This document shows, in pieces, positions 10,644 to 20,191 of a stretch of DNA of 64,000 nt (position 1 is its first letter; each line of letters opens with the position of its first letter). The stretch is from assembly GCA_965198115.1 (NCBI GenBank), contig OZ240241.1, positions 6,816,001-6,880,000 of the forward strand, read 5' to 3'. A program made the position numbers and the translations under genes. The DNA is from Candidatus Latescibacterota bacterium (GTDB lineage Bacteria; Latescibacterota; UBA2968). The notes below the pieces were generated by a model that saw nothing but the letters and a program-made list of their open reading frames with translations, made no database searches and was not told where the DNA came from.

Positions 10644-10714
10644 GGTGGAAAAGGTCCTCGGGACCGCTCTGCAGCGGAAAACACGGTCACAGGCCATCGG
10701 TTGTTGCGCAGGGA

Positions 10715-10786
10715 TCTCTCCACGGTGGTGATGGCACCCCCAAGAGGTCGGGTCATCCCATCTTGTGATACCGTGTCGAGATGACG
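10715..10786. repeat. Structured intergenic element (stem-TC...TC-stem-TGACG family) with an expanded inner loop
   Basis: TCTC-TC-CACGGT...ACCGTG-TC-GAGA-TGACG; same architecture as the copies at 32197 and 55185. Confidence 0.6.
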
Positions 10787-10805
10787 GACGGGTATCGGGC
10801 GCACG

Positions 10806-11681
10806 CTATCGATCGAAGAAGAAAGCGTTGGCGGTTCCGCCGAGGATCCAATCACGGTCGGACGGGCTGAGGAAGTCGGCCTCTTTGATCAGGTCGATGG
10901 AGGCCACGAATTCCTGCATCGGATCCTTCATCTCGATTGGGCCGCCGCTGTCGCTTTCCCACATGCATCGATCGGGGCCGAAGGCATCGACGACGCGCCT
11001 GATCATCGGAAGAAGATCGTGGAAGGGGGCCATCCCGTCTCCAATGCCGTGGATGGGGCCGATCTTGACCAGTACGCGGGGGTGACGGCTGAGCCGACAA
11101 AGGGTCTGCATCTGATCCTCGGGGAAGGCCCCATCGCGAACGCGTACACCTTCGACGTGATCGAGGATGACCGGCGTTTCCGGAAAACGCTCGCACATAT
11201 GGTCGATGGCGGGAAGGTCGACGGCCCCCGTCAGGAAACTGATCGCCAGGTTCTCATCCGCTCCCGTGGCGAACATCCGCTCGTAGCCTTCCACGTTGAG
11301 CCAATCCTCTCGCTGCCCCCACTGAGGTTGAGCACCCTTGCCCCTCACGCGGAAGGCGTGGATCCCGTGTTCAGACAGGGCCTTCATCTGACGGCCGGGA
11401 TCAGCGAGCGATACGTCGCTGACAGCGGGGACCATGCCTGTGCCGACAAACGTATTCGGGTACGATTTGATCAGGTCGATGATGTAGCTGTGGTCCAGCC
11501 CATACCATGTCATCTGGACGAGGTTGATCCGGACGTGGCCGACCTGCCTGCTATAGACAGCATGATCGTCGGGTGTGAAGGAGGGATGCCATAGGTCCTC
11601 GGTCGTGAATCCAGGTGCGAGCGGGTATCGATCGAGGTCCGGACTCCAGACGTGGATGTGGGCGTCGACGATATCTGACAC
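10806..11681 (-). CDS. Amidohydrolase_2 family protein (sugar-lactonase-like)
   Basis: IVDAHIHVW metal motif, VILDH, FGPDRCMWESD. Confidence 0.88.
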   Translation of the reverse strand: MSDIVDAHIHVWSPDLDRYPLAPGFTTEDLWHPSFTPDDHAVYSRQVGHVRINLVQMTWYGLDHSYIIDLIKSYPNTFVGTGMVPAVSDVSLADPGRQMKALSEHGIHAFRVRGKGAQPQWGQREDWLNVEGYERMFATGADENLAISFLTGAVDLPAIDHMCERFPETPVILDHVEGVRVRDGAFPEDQMQTLCRLSRHPRVLVKIGPIHGIGDGMAPFHDLLPMIRRVVDAFGPDRCMWESDSGGPIEMKDPMQEFVASIDLIKEADFLSPSDRDWILGGTANAFFFDR

Positions 11682-11690
11682 GGTGAGAGC

Positions 11691-12578
11691 CTATCTCACG
11701 AACCAGCGGATGGCGTGGCGAGTGGTGTGGTCGTTGAATTTCAGCGTGTAGGGGTCGCAGCGGCGGTAAACCGCGTGTCCATCCGTTCGAAGGACGAGCC
11801 AGCCGAAGTCCCAGCCTCGGGATTCGTATTTCATCGGGATCGACGGTTTGATACGGGGGACGGGATGGGAACCGCCAATAAAAAGTTTCTGGTCCTGGTA
11901 GAAGTAGCACGAACCGATCTCGACGAAGACTTCGTGGGACATCGCTTCATCCGACAGGTCCGAGCAGAGATCGCTGACACCGACCTTGACCGCGCATCCA
12001 TCCGAAAAGGCGGAGGCGAGCGCGTCGACCGACCCGGATTGAACGTGCCCCTCCGAGTCATGACCGCAGATTTCCTCCCACGAATTGCATACGTAGTATT
12101 CGAACTCTTCGAAGTCATAAATGAAGTTGTGACTGGGTGCGTTCGTGTCTATGTCGTAACTGTCGAAGGCGTGATACTTGACCATGTCCGGTTCACCGTG
12201 GGTCGCGGATGGACGCGGTGAGCCTGCAGAAGGAGCCCCATCGAGGTGAGGGCGCGCGATGGCTTGATTGCCGTCCTGGTTGTAGAGAAAGAAAGACATG
12301 GAGGGACGCGGACCGAATCCGTCCGGGAGGGCAACGGGCTGGCGGAGGCTCATGATGCCGGCCACCCAGTGATCGTCGATCAGATAGGTCACGCCGAACT
12401 CTGCAACTTCGCGCACACGCTCTAGGCTGTCGGAACTCGTGTCGATGTGCTCGTTGTGGATGAATTCTGTACGAATACGAAGATCGCTGCCTCGGCGGAC
12501 GGCGTCGACCAAGTCTGTTTCGCTCCCAGAGACGCGCTTCCGCTCCGAATCCAATCTCAGTGCACACGTCCAAGGCAT
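11691..12578 (-). CDS. Hypothetical protein with an internal duplication
   Basis: Coding-like 295 aa from MPWTC; the two halves resemble each other (VSGSETDLVDAVRRG / QSGSVDALASAFSDG). Confidence 0.7.
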   Translation of the reverse strand: MPWTCALRLDSERKRVSGSETDLVDAVRRGSDLRIRTEFIHNEHIDTSSDSLERVREVAEFGVTYLIDDHWVAGIMSLRQPVALPDGFGPRPSMSFFLYNQDGNQAIARPHLDGAPSAGSPRPSATHGEPDMVKYHAFDSYDIDTNAPSHNFIYDFEEFEYYVCNSWEEICGHDSEGHVQSGSVDALASAFSDGCAVKVGVSDLCSDLSDEAMSHEVFVEIGSCYFYQDQKLFIGGSHPVPRIKPSIPMKYESRGWDFGWLVLRTDGHAVYRRCDPYTLKFNDHTTRHAIRWFVR

Positions 12579-12722
12579 CACAATGAATCCCTTCTTGTCT
12601 TCGGCCCTTCCGATCTCCACCAAAGCTGTGGAGGAGAGGGAAGTGAAATCCACCGGGATGTAACACGTCAAGCAGGGTCAGTGAAGATGACTTCACCGAT
12701 TCGAAATAGCCAACGCGTGGAT

Positions 12723-13370
12723 CTAAGCGTCGGTTTTCAGAACATCGGCAGTTCCACTCCACTCGCCCCTGATCGCAGACAGTAGCAACCCGGGCTGAAT
12801 GACTGCATCAATCAGGAAGTGTGCCGCTATACAGGGGGCCAGACTGCGATCACCAATTACATAGACCATGGCCAGTCCCGCGCCGATCACGCCGGTGGCG
12901 ACTGCGGCGGTTAGAGCAACGTGGAGGCTTCCCTTGATCAGACCCCAAAGGGCGTGAGCGGCGCCAAAGATCAATGCGGAGGCCATGATCTGAAAAGGCA
13001 CATTACCTCCGACCCGCATAGCGCCGTCCATGATGATGCGTCTGAAGAAAGCTTCCTCAACAACTGCTGCACCGATCGCGGCCCATAATGAGATCCCTTT
13101 GAGGACCGAGATTTCCCGCCACGTTGCCCGCACCTGAGGGAAATTCTTAACTGTGAAAGCGATACAGCCTGTCGCAATGAGAAAGGCCAAAAGCCAAGCG
13201 GTGAGTGTACCCGTAATGCCAGACTCGAAACCCAGTGGGTGGAGGAAAGAGTCACCCCGCAAATAGTCTATGATCGGAATGCTAAGAACGATGGCGGCGA
13301 TAGAGAGGAAAGCCATCGTTGTGGCTCGTGGATCTCTCCGCTTCATCTTCTCCACCTGATAATCAGACAC
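12723..13370 (-). CDS. CPBP family intramembrane glutamic endopeptidase (CAAX protease/Abi)
   Basis: EEAFFRR, FGAAH, AAHFLID motifs; several hydrophobic segments. Confidence 0.9.
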   Translation of the reverse strand: MSDYQVEKMKRRDPRATTMAFLSIAAIVLSIPIIDYLRGDSFLHPLGFESGITGTLTAWLLAFLIATGCIAFTVKNFPQVRATWREISVLKGISLWAAIGAAVVEEAFFRRIIMDGAMRVGGNVPFQIMASALIFGAAHALWGLIKGSLHVALTAAVATGVIGAGLAMVYVIGDRSLAPCIAAHFLIDAVIQPGLLLSAIRGEWSGTADVLKTDA

Positions 13371-13395
13371 AGTGGTAGAGGCGGGGTTTATTATT

Positions 13396-14815
13396 GGCTC
13401 TATCCGGGTTTCTCAACGGTGAAACTATAGAATGACAAGGTCATAGATCGTTCCCTACGCTTGGTTGTGTGTGTAGGACAATCAAAGCGAAGGGGGTGCG
13501 ACCTATGACCGGGAGCAGATTACTATCGAAACTGCTGAGATTCAAGGGGTTCCGTGTTGTCAGCTGGTGGTTTGAGGGGAGAAGCTGCTTCGTCATCGCC
13601 GTAAAGCCACATAAGAATGGTTGTTGTTGTCCGGAGTGCGGCCGTCGAGGTAAAATCGTCCGCACAATGCCCCATCCGCGTCGGTGGCGTGACATTCCGG
13701 TGTGCGGGTGGAGGGTCTGGCTTCTCTACCATCCTCGGGAGATTCGGTGTCCTACCCACGGTCGTGTGGTCGAGGAGATTCCGTGGGCGGAGCGGTTCTC
13801 TCGGGTGACGTATCGCTTCGAGTATGCCATGCTGCGCTACTGCCAGACCATGACGCAGAAGGCGGCGTCCGAGTTACTGCGCATCTCTGCCTCGACGCTG
13901 TCGGATCTCCTTCACCGATCCATCACGCGGCTTCGTGAAGGTCATCGTATCCGAGGGCTCAAAACCATCGGGATCGACGAGATCTCCTACGCCAAGCGTC
14001 ACAGGTACGCCACGCTCGTTTACGATCTGGACCGCTCCTGCGTGGTGTGGGTTGGCCGCGGCAGGGCGCGTAAAACGATCGATCGGTTCTTCACAGAGGC
14101 TCTCAGTCCCTACCGGAGATCCAAGATCGAGTGGGCCTGCTGCGACATGAGCGAAGCTTACATCGGAGCCATCCAGGAACACTGTCCGAATGCCAAGCTG
14201 GTCCTCGATCGCTTTCACCTCGTCAAGGCTCTCAATGCCGCCGTTGACGAGGTCCGTAAGGACCAGTGGCGTAAAGCTGCCCCGGATGAGCGCAAAGCCA
14301 TGAAGGGCCTCCGATGGCTCCTCTACCGGCACTCAGCGACACGCTCCAGAGGGGATACTCGGACACTCAAAGCACTGGAGAAGGCGAACTACCGAATCTA
14401 TAGAGCCTGGAGACTCAAGGACGAGTTCGAGCAGTTCTGGGAATACAAAGCGCCCTGGGCTGCCGAACGCTTCCTGAAATGCTGGACGACGTCCGCACTC
14501 AGAAGTCGACTTGAACCCCTGCGAAAGTTCGTCAGGACCCTGCGACAGCACTTCTTCGGCGTCCTCGCATTCGTGAACACGCGTCTTACCAACGCCATCG
14601 CCGAAGGCCTCAACCGAATCGTCCAAATCGTCAAGAACCGAGCCAGCGGATTCCGCACACTCGACGCATTCAACGATATGATCTTCCTTACCGTCGGAGA
14701 CATAAACATCCCTGAGCAGATTCCGAAGAGGTTCCGCACACGCTAACCGCGCCCCCATGCCAGGAACCACGGCACCTTCACCCACTTCAGCTCGTTGAGA
14801 GATCCGAATATAGCC
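13396..14815 (+). mobile_element. ISL3-family insertion sequence, 1420 bp, complete
   Basis: IRL GGCTCTATCCGGGTTTCTCAACG versus reverse complement of IRR GGCTATATTCGGATCTCTCAACG (19/23); 8-bp direct repeat TTATTATT at 13388-13395 and 14816-14823. Confidence 0.95.
13505..14746 (+). CDS. ISL3-family transposase
   Basis: CPECG zinc finger, IGIDE, CCDMS, LDRFH, TNAIAEGLN, ASGFR; DDE intact. Confidence 0.96.
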   Translation: MTGSRLLSKLLRFKGFRVVSWWFEGRSCFVIAVKPHKNGCCCPECGRRGKIVRTMPHPRRWRDIPVCGWRVWLLYHPREIRCPTHGRVVEEIPWAERFSRVTYRFEYAMLRYCQTMTQKAASELLRISASTLSDLLHRSITRLREGHRIRGLKTIGIDEISYAKRHRYATLVYDLDRSCVVWVGRGRARKTIDRFFTEALSPYRRSKIEWACCDMSEAYIGAIQEHCPNAKLVLDRFHLVKALNAAVDEVRKDQWRKAAPDERKAMKGLRWLLYRHSATRSRGDTRTLKALEKANYRIYRAWRLKDEFEQFWEYKAPWAAERFLKCWTTSALRSRLEPLRKFVRTLRQHFFGVLAFVNTRLTNAIAEGLNRIVQIVKNRASGFRTLDAFNDMIFLTVGDINIPEQIPKRFRTR

Positions 14816-14871
14816 TTATTATTAGGTCCGGTACGTAGGGGCTTGTCAAGTCAGGAAGAGATTGCGCGTCT

Positions 14872-15966
14872 TTATGCTCTTCCCACGGGTCCGATAAACA
14901 GTTCTTCAGGCAGGAAGCTCGTCGTCTCCGTGGCGTGCTTGTATTCAATGCCTTCGGTCGTGACGACCCCCATGGCTGTGAAGTATTTCCCTTCGCCGCT
15001 CGCCCCGCTTTTGTTCCCGCCGCTGTGACTTCGCAGCCAATCGGGATCGATGATTTGCTCACCTTTCCAGATACCATGGGTAGCGTTCAGGTGGCCAAAC
15101 CGGGCCAGGTCCGATGCGTTCATGACCACCCAACCTGGTCCGCTGCGAACAGGCTTTCCATTGATCTCATAGGGCGGATCGAGATAGGTGTACGTGTCCG
15201 GAATTGCTGGGTAGAGGTATTTCTCGTCCTTGATGTAGGCTCCAGTCAGCCAGTCCCATCGTTCCGCCGGGATGCCCATCCGGTCAAAGAGCCGCTCTTG
15301 GATGACGTCCTTGATGTCTCGATCCCAGACGTAGGTGAGAGCCTGACCCAGACGCCAGAACCCGGCGCTGCTGTAGTGACCGACCGTACCCGGTTCGATG
15401 TGGGCGTAGAGGTCGTAAAAAGGATCGCCGGTCCAGGTCGCCCACTCGGGAACGCCCGGTTCGGCGACCGCGTCTTCGAGCCCAGTACGCTTCTCCTGCC
15501 AGCGGATGCCCAGCTCCATGGGGAATCCCCCGTAGTGCAGGGACTCGTGCTTTGGCCCGACGAGGTGCCTCCACGTCAGCTTCTCGTGATGACCCTCGGT
15601 CAGGACTTTGTGAGGATGGGAGAGCTGGCCCTCGCCGGTCCAGGACTTGTTGATCGGCTCGTCAGGATCGATGAGGCCGTCGGCGACCGCGAAACCGAGA
15701 ACTGCCCACGTGAAGGCCTTGCCTACCGAGGCGGTCTGATGCTGATAGTGTCGATCACCCCAGGCGTGGAACAGATAACCGCCTCGCGTGATCACGGCAC
15801 CGTGGTTGTTGCCGGGGTGATCCTCTCCTCCGAATGACGCTCCCCTGATCTCCAATCCGGCAAGGAAGGTCTCGAACTTTTCGGGGTCGAGGCCAGCTTC
15901 CTCGGGCGGGATTTGCACCCAATCTTCCTCTGGAAACGTCACCCAGTCTGGTAGTTCAGTCGCCAT
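14872..15966 (-). CDS. Serine hydrolase, beta-lactamase class C-like family
   Basis: SxxK (SVGK), PGTVGHYSS, LFDRMGI, ASDLARFG. Confidence 0.85.
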   Translation of the reverse strand: MATELPDWVTFPEEDWVQIPPEEAGLDPEKFETFLAGLEIRGASFGGEDHPGNNHGAVITRGGYLFHAWGDRHYQHQTASVGKAFTWAVLGFAVADGLIDPDEPINKSWTGEGQLSHPHKVLTEGHHEKLTWRHLVGPKHESLHYGGFPMELGIRWQEKRTGLEDAVAEPGVPEWATWTGDPFYDLYAHIEPGTVGHYSSAGFWRLGQALTYVWDRDIKDVIQERLFDRMGIPAERWDWLTGAYIKDEKYLYPAIPDTYTYLDPPYEINGKPVRSGPGWVVMNASDLARFGHLNATHGIWKGEQIIDPDWLRSHSGGNKSGASGEGKYFTAMGVVTTEGIEYKHATETTSFLPEELFIGPVGRA

Positions 15967-15991
15967 TCAGACGTCCCTTCTTGCTTTCTGA

Positions 15992-17125
15992 CTATGTGGA
16001 GATTCCAAAAAGCGAGGCTGCGTTTTTGCCCAGAATCAGGTCCTTCTCTTCCCGAGACAGGAAGTCACAGTGGATCCTGATGAAATCCAGTGCCTGACGA
16101 TACGTGCACCACGTGTTTGTGCCGTATGGGCTGTCCGTGCCCCACAACAGCTTGTGAGCACCAACCCGATCGCGCAAGCCCTTTAGCTGTTTCTGCCCCT
16201 CAGGGAAAGGGTAGTCCGGCCACTTGGCAGGGAAGAGGATCTCGGCGTGCATGGCTGGTCGCTTCAGGAGGCGGACCACAATATCGGGGATGCCGATTTC
16301 GTGGATGATAGCCGCGGGAACGAGGCCGTGTGTGATGACAGATGGTACATGTGGATGCTTCTGCGCCCACGTATCCAACTCTGCGACTCGGCGCTTGAAC
16401 ATCTCGACGCGATCGGCCGTGCGGTCGTCGATGTACCAGAAGACTGGCAGCTCCAGTCTTTCTACCGTGCTCCAGAGGTCACCGAACATCGGGTCGTTGA
16501 TCGAGACGTCCATCTGCAGGACGGACAGCGGCTCGACGCTGAAGTAGAGTCCTCTGTTGCCGTGTTCGACGATGGCACGTTCGAGACTTTCGAGCCGCTG
16601 TGGGTCGTCGGCTTCAGGCTCCCAGATCTGTCCCAGGCCGATGAATCGACTGGGATAGGCTTTCATCGCCTTACCGAAGTATTCGGATAGATCCCCGTAA
16701 ACGTGGTCGCATTGCAGAACACCCGCATCGACGCCCGCCAGGTTCATTTCCGCGACCATTCGATCGGGCGGCGCTTCGTTGTTCACGAGGTTGGGCGGAT
16801 AGAACTGCATGACATAGTCGACACCATTGACGGTGATTTCGACTTGGCCGAAGTCCGTCAGACGGAAGTCGACATCGGGCATCTCGTCGATGTTGTCGGA
16901 GTCGAACTCCAGGAATTGTTCGGAGGTGTGGGCGCCGTCGCTTTTGCGCCAGAAGTTGTTCCACTCGCGGGAGTGGTATTGCCAGAATTTGAGGCGAAGT
17001 TCGGGATCGATCCCTTCGCGCTGCGATCCGAGGCGTGGGAAGATGTGATAGTGTGCGTCGATGATTGGGGATGAGTTCTCGCTAGAGTTACCATCGATGA
17101 CCCAGCCGCCCCCGGTGAAGGTCAT
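15992..17125 (-). CDS. Amidohydrolase_2 family protein
   Basis: IIDAHYH, KLLWGTDSP, ILGKNA; exact start uncertain. Confidence 0.85.
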   Translation of the reverse strand: MTFTGGGWVIDGNSSENSSPIIDAHYHIFPRLGSQREGIDPELRLKFWQYHSREWNNFWRKSDGAHTSEQFLEFDSDNIDEMPDVDFRLTDFGQVEITVNGVDYVMQFYPPNLVNNEAPPDRMVAEMNLAGVDAGVLQCDHVYGDLSEYFGKAMKAYPSRFIGLGQIWEPEADDPQRLESLERAIVEHGNRGLYFSVEPLSVLQMDVSINDPMFGDLWSTVERLELPVFWYIDDRTADRVEMFKRRVAELDTWAQKHPHVPSVITHGLVPAAIIHEIGIPDIVVRLLKRPAMHAEILFPAKWPDYPFPEGQKQLKGLRDRVGAHKLLWGTDSPYGTNTWCTYRQALDFIRIHCDFLSREEKDLILGKNAASLFGIST

Positions 17126-17150
17126 TTTGTCAGACACCACAGAGAGCATC

Positions 17151-17655
17151 CTACAGTTCCCGCCAGTCCTCGTGCTGCTCGAATGCATAAGCCGCACGAT
17201 AGATTGTCGATTCCTCCCAATATCTTCCCACGAGCATCATTCCGACGGGCAGTCCATCGACCACGCCACAAGGAATGGACATTGCCGGATGATGGCTGAC
17301 GTTGAATGGCGATGTGTTGGCGAGGCCTATCCAGGCAGCACCGACACTGGCTTCGATCGGCGCATCGGCCGGGGGTAGTTCCTGGGCGCGCATCGCCGTT
17401 GTGGGGAGCAGCAACAGATCCACATTTTCAAACAACACATCGTAGCTGGCGCGCAGTTGACGGAAGAGATTCACACTCTTGGCGTGGAGCCCATATCCGT
17501 ATTCTCTGCGAAGGAACTCCGCCAAAATCATACAACACTTCACGGTTTCAGGCAGGTCATCGGGTCTCTCACGCCACTTGCTTTGTGCTGTAAGGAATCC
17601 CGTTTCGAATACGTCTTCGCGTCCCATTCCCAATCCGTCCGAATCGAATACTGAG
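17151..17655 (-). pseudogene. 3' remnant of an amidase-signature family amidase
   Basis: DLLLLPTT, NTSPFNVSHHPAMSIPCG...GLPVGMMLVGR...YAFEQ is an amidase C-terminus. The N-terminal GGSS signature is absent and upstream DNA belongs to a Gfo/Idh/MocA gene. Confidence 0.85.
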
Positions 17656-18370
17656 TACCGTCCGACATCCGGCAGAGCATCGTCTCGTTGCTGAACGGGT
17701 TCTTCCAGATGTTGTCCTGGCGCGCGTAGAGGTTGTCCTCGTGGCGATCCACGAAGCCCATGCCTGATACGTGTGTCACGTGTGCACCGGTGACGGAGAC
17801 GATCATGCTCGTCGAATGGGTCGGATAAAACATGGGCGACATGCCGAAGTAGCGTTCCCAATCTTCGCCGTGACGCCGCTTCGCCACGTTATACATCCCG
17901 TGGACATAGTCGTGATAGTACTCGGCCTCGCCGTAAACGATGTGGCCGAAGTCGCCAGCCTCATAGCGTGACCGACAGTAGATGGCGCAGGGATAGTAAT
18001 AGCTGGTCTCTCCGATCATATAGATGAGACACGTCTTTTCGACGGTCTTGACCAGCCTCGTGATTTCTTCGAGCGAAATGGCCGAAGGAACGGCGGAATA
18101 GACGTGTTTGCCGGCCTCCAGAACCTGAACGGCCTGGGGTCCGTGGAGATGGTGCTGGGTGATGATGGCGATGGCGTCGACGTCCATCGCGCAGAGGTCA
18201 TCGAGCGAGGGACAGAGGTCGGAAATCTCGAATTCTTCACTTTTGGATAACAGCTTCTCCTCATCCAGATCGCACAGGACGACGTTTTCGACTTGTGGAT
18301 GGTGTTTGAAAAGGGGGATAAAGGCCCGTGCGAAGGACCCAGCGCCGCATATGCCGACTCGAATGCCCAC
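17540..18370 (-). pseudogene. Gfo/Idh/MocA oxidoreductase, 3'-truncated
   Basis: VGICGAG, GKHVYSAVP, GETSYY, YPTHS; family-like sequence stops at CRMSDG (about 17655), where amidase sequence begins in another frame. Confidence 0.75.
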
Positions 18371-18394
18371 GTGATTTCTCGATCAGATGAAGAC

Positions 18395-18787
18395 CTAGCG
18401 CGACCAGAACGCCAGGGCTGAAATCAGGAAGCAGAATATCCACTGAGCCATTTTCAGCAGAGACCGGTCGACATCCCGGCCTGAGATCACGACGGTTACG
18501 AACCACACAATCCCACAGAGTCCGAAGTAAGCACCGATCACAGACAGTACTACCCGCTCGGCGGGAATCAGGTCGGTCAGGCCAATGGTGAGGAGAGTAG
18601 CCGATGCAAGAAGCAGGTCGACCGATACCCAATGCCAGCCACAGAGTGCCTGTAACCAAACTTCCAGAGGCTTTTCCGGATTCTCCGGCCTGATCAGGCC
18701 GAACTTTCGTCCGCCCACGAAGGCGTGGATGCCTACGGCAACGAGTGTCAAGGCACCTGCGACTGCTGCGAGTACATTCACGGACAA
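18395..18787 (-). CDS. Small hypothetical membrane protein (about 4 TM)
   Basis: Hydrophobic 130 aa with IHAFVGG and GWHWVSVDL motifs. Confidence 0.7.
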   Translation of the reverse strand: MSVNVLAAVAGALTLVAVGIHAFVGGRKFGLIRPENPEKPLEVWLQALCGWHWVSVDLLLASATLLTIGLTDLIPAERVVLSVIGAYFGLCGIVWFVTVVISGRDVDRSLLKMAQWIFCFLISALAFWSR

Positions 18788-18796
18788 TTCTATTCG

Positions 18797-19135
18797 CTAA
18801 GGACGTTCGTGTCGAGGTTGGTAGACACCCAGTTTGCCGCCGCCGGGCAAGGTGAGGTGGGTCAGCAGGCCCCACCCCTGGTCGTCGACGGGTGTCGTCT
18901 TGATGTTCTGTTGTTCCATTTCTGCCGTGAAAGCTTCTACGTCGTCACACATCAGATAGAGTTCGTGATCCGTGTCCGCACTAGAGGGATGTAAGGCCAC
19001 CTCGGCCGGAGGAAGTCCGAAGATCAACCAGCCCTCACCGACGTCGACGTTCGGCAGTTTCAAAACGTCGCGGAAGAATGCCCGATCGGCTTCGACATCC
19101 GTCGTGTAGATGATGACGTGTGCACCGTTGATCAT
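18797..19135 (-). CDS. VOC (glyoxalase/bleomycin resistance) family protein
   Basis: GAHVIIY, AFFRDVL, LYLMCDDV, DQGWG, LPGGGKLGVYQP. Confidence 0.88.
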   Translation of the reverse strand: MINGAHVIIYTTDVEADRAFFRDVLKLPNVDVGEGWLIFGLPPAEVALHPSSADTDHELYLMCDDVEAFTAEMEQQNIKTTPVDDQGWGLLTHLTLPGGGKLGVYQPRHERP

Positions 19136-19171
19136 ATCATCCCCAGTGTCTCTCACGGCTGACTCCGATAG

Positions 19172-20124
19172 TCATGCCTCAGGCCACCGCTGAAAAGATG
19201 GGAGCGATTCGGCTGCGAGCCGCTCCCGCGCTCCGTGCCAAAGGGCCGTCCAGGCCTCTACGCCGGTCAGCACACTTTCCGGCTTCTTTCGACTACGGGC
19301 GACGAAGCCCGGGAACCAGGGCCTGCCGGTGGGCTCGCCGATCGGTTGGTAGCGCAGATCCACACTCCAACGAATGTCGCTGCTCAGGTTGGGCAACGAG
19401 GCGTGCATCGTGAGCTTTGTCAAGAACAGCACGTCGCCGGGTTGCATTTCGAGGATGACGCGCCGGTCACCAACCTGCTCATCGGGTATGGCCTGCCGGC
19501 TGTAGTTCGATCGCGGGTCGTGGCTGTGCGTGACGAGGCCATGCTTGTGGCTTCCCGGCGCGACCAGCAGACAGCCATTCTCCCGCGTGGCTTCGGTAAT
19601 GGCGATCCAAACGGTCAGGATTCGGCTCTCATCGGCTTCGGGCATCACAGTGGCGAGGTCCTGATGCCAGACGGTCTGGGCGATTTCGCCAATGATCGTG
19701 CATCCTGGTTGAGACAGTCCTCCGGCGGCTTGATCCGCACGTGCTGGGTCGGATTCGCGTAGATCTCCGAGCCGACGATCGCCTCGACAGCATCGAGCAG
19801 GCGCGGGTTGGTTAGCAGCCCAAAGACGGCCGAACCGCAGTGGACAGGTGTGTCGGCTGTGATACCCTTCTGCGGCAGACTGATGTCCAGATGGTTGATC
19901 AGTGTTCCCCCCGTTTCCCTGACGAGGGCGCAGAAGCGCTGACCGAACGGCAGGCTCGAATACACTGAGGAAACGGTGCCGTCTGAATGGAGTCGAGTCG
20001 CTACCGTTCCCAGTAGTGACCCGTACTCCCGGCGAAGCGGTCTGAGGTCACGCTGCGGATCGAGGAGACCGCGCAAGACCAGGTAGCCTTCCTCGGCGAA
20101 GCGGGCGCGTGCAGCCTTATCCAC
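19172..20124 (-). CDS. PhyH-family dioxygenase, split by a 1-nt frameshift near 19700
   Basis: FAEEGYL...HVRIKPP, then after a frame change IGEIAQTVWHQDLATVMPE, VWIAI, PGSHK, MHAS, RWSVDLRY. Confidence 0.88.
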
Positions 20125-20191
20125 AGATCTCCATCTTTTTTCCCCACGGTGATCGCTGTTTCACTGGCTTGGTCAGCCAGTCACTCAATTA

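Noticed and set aside
19645-19648. Selenocysteine or TGA readthrough at split genes (also 48173)
   Set aside because: The continuation is in a different frame, so an indel explains it.
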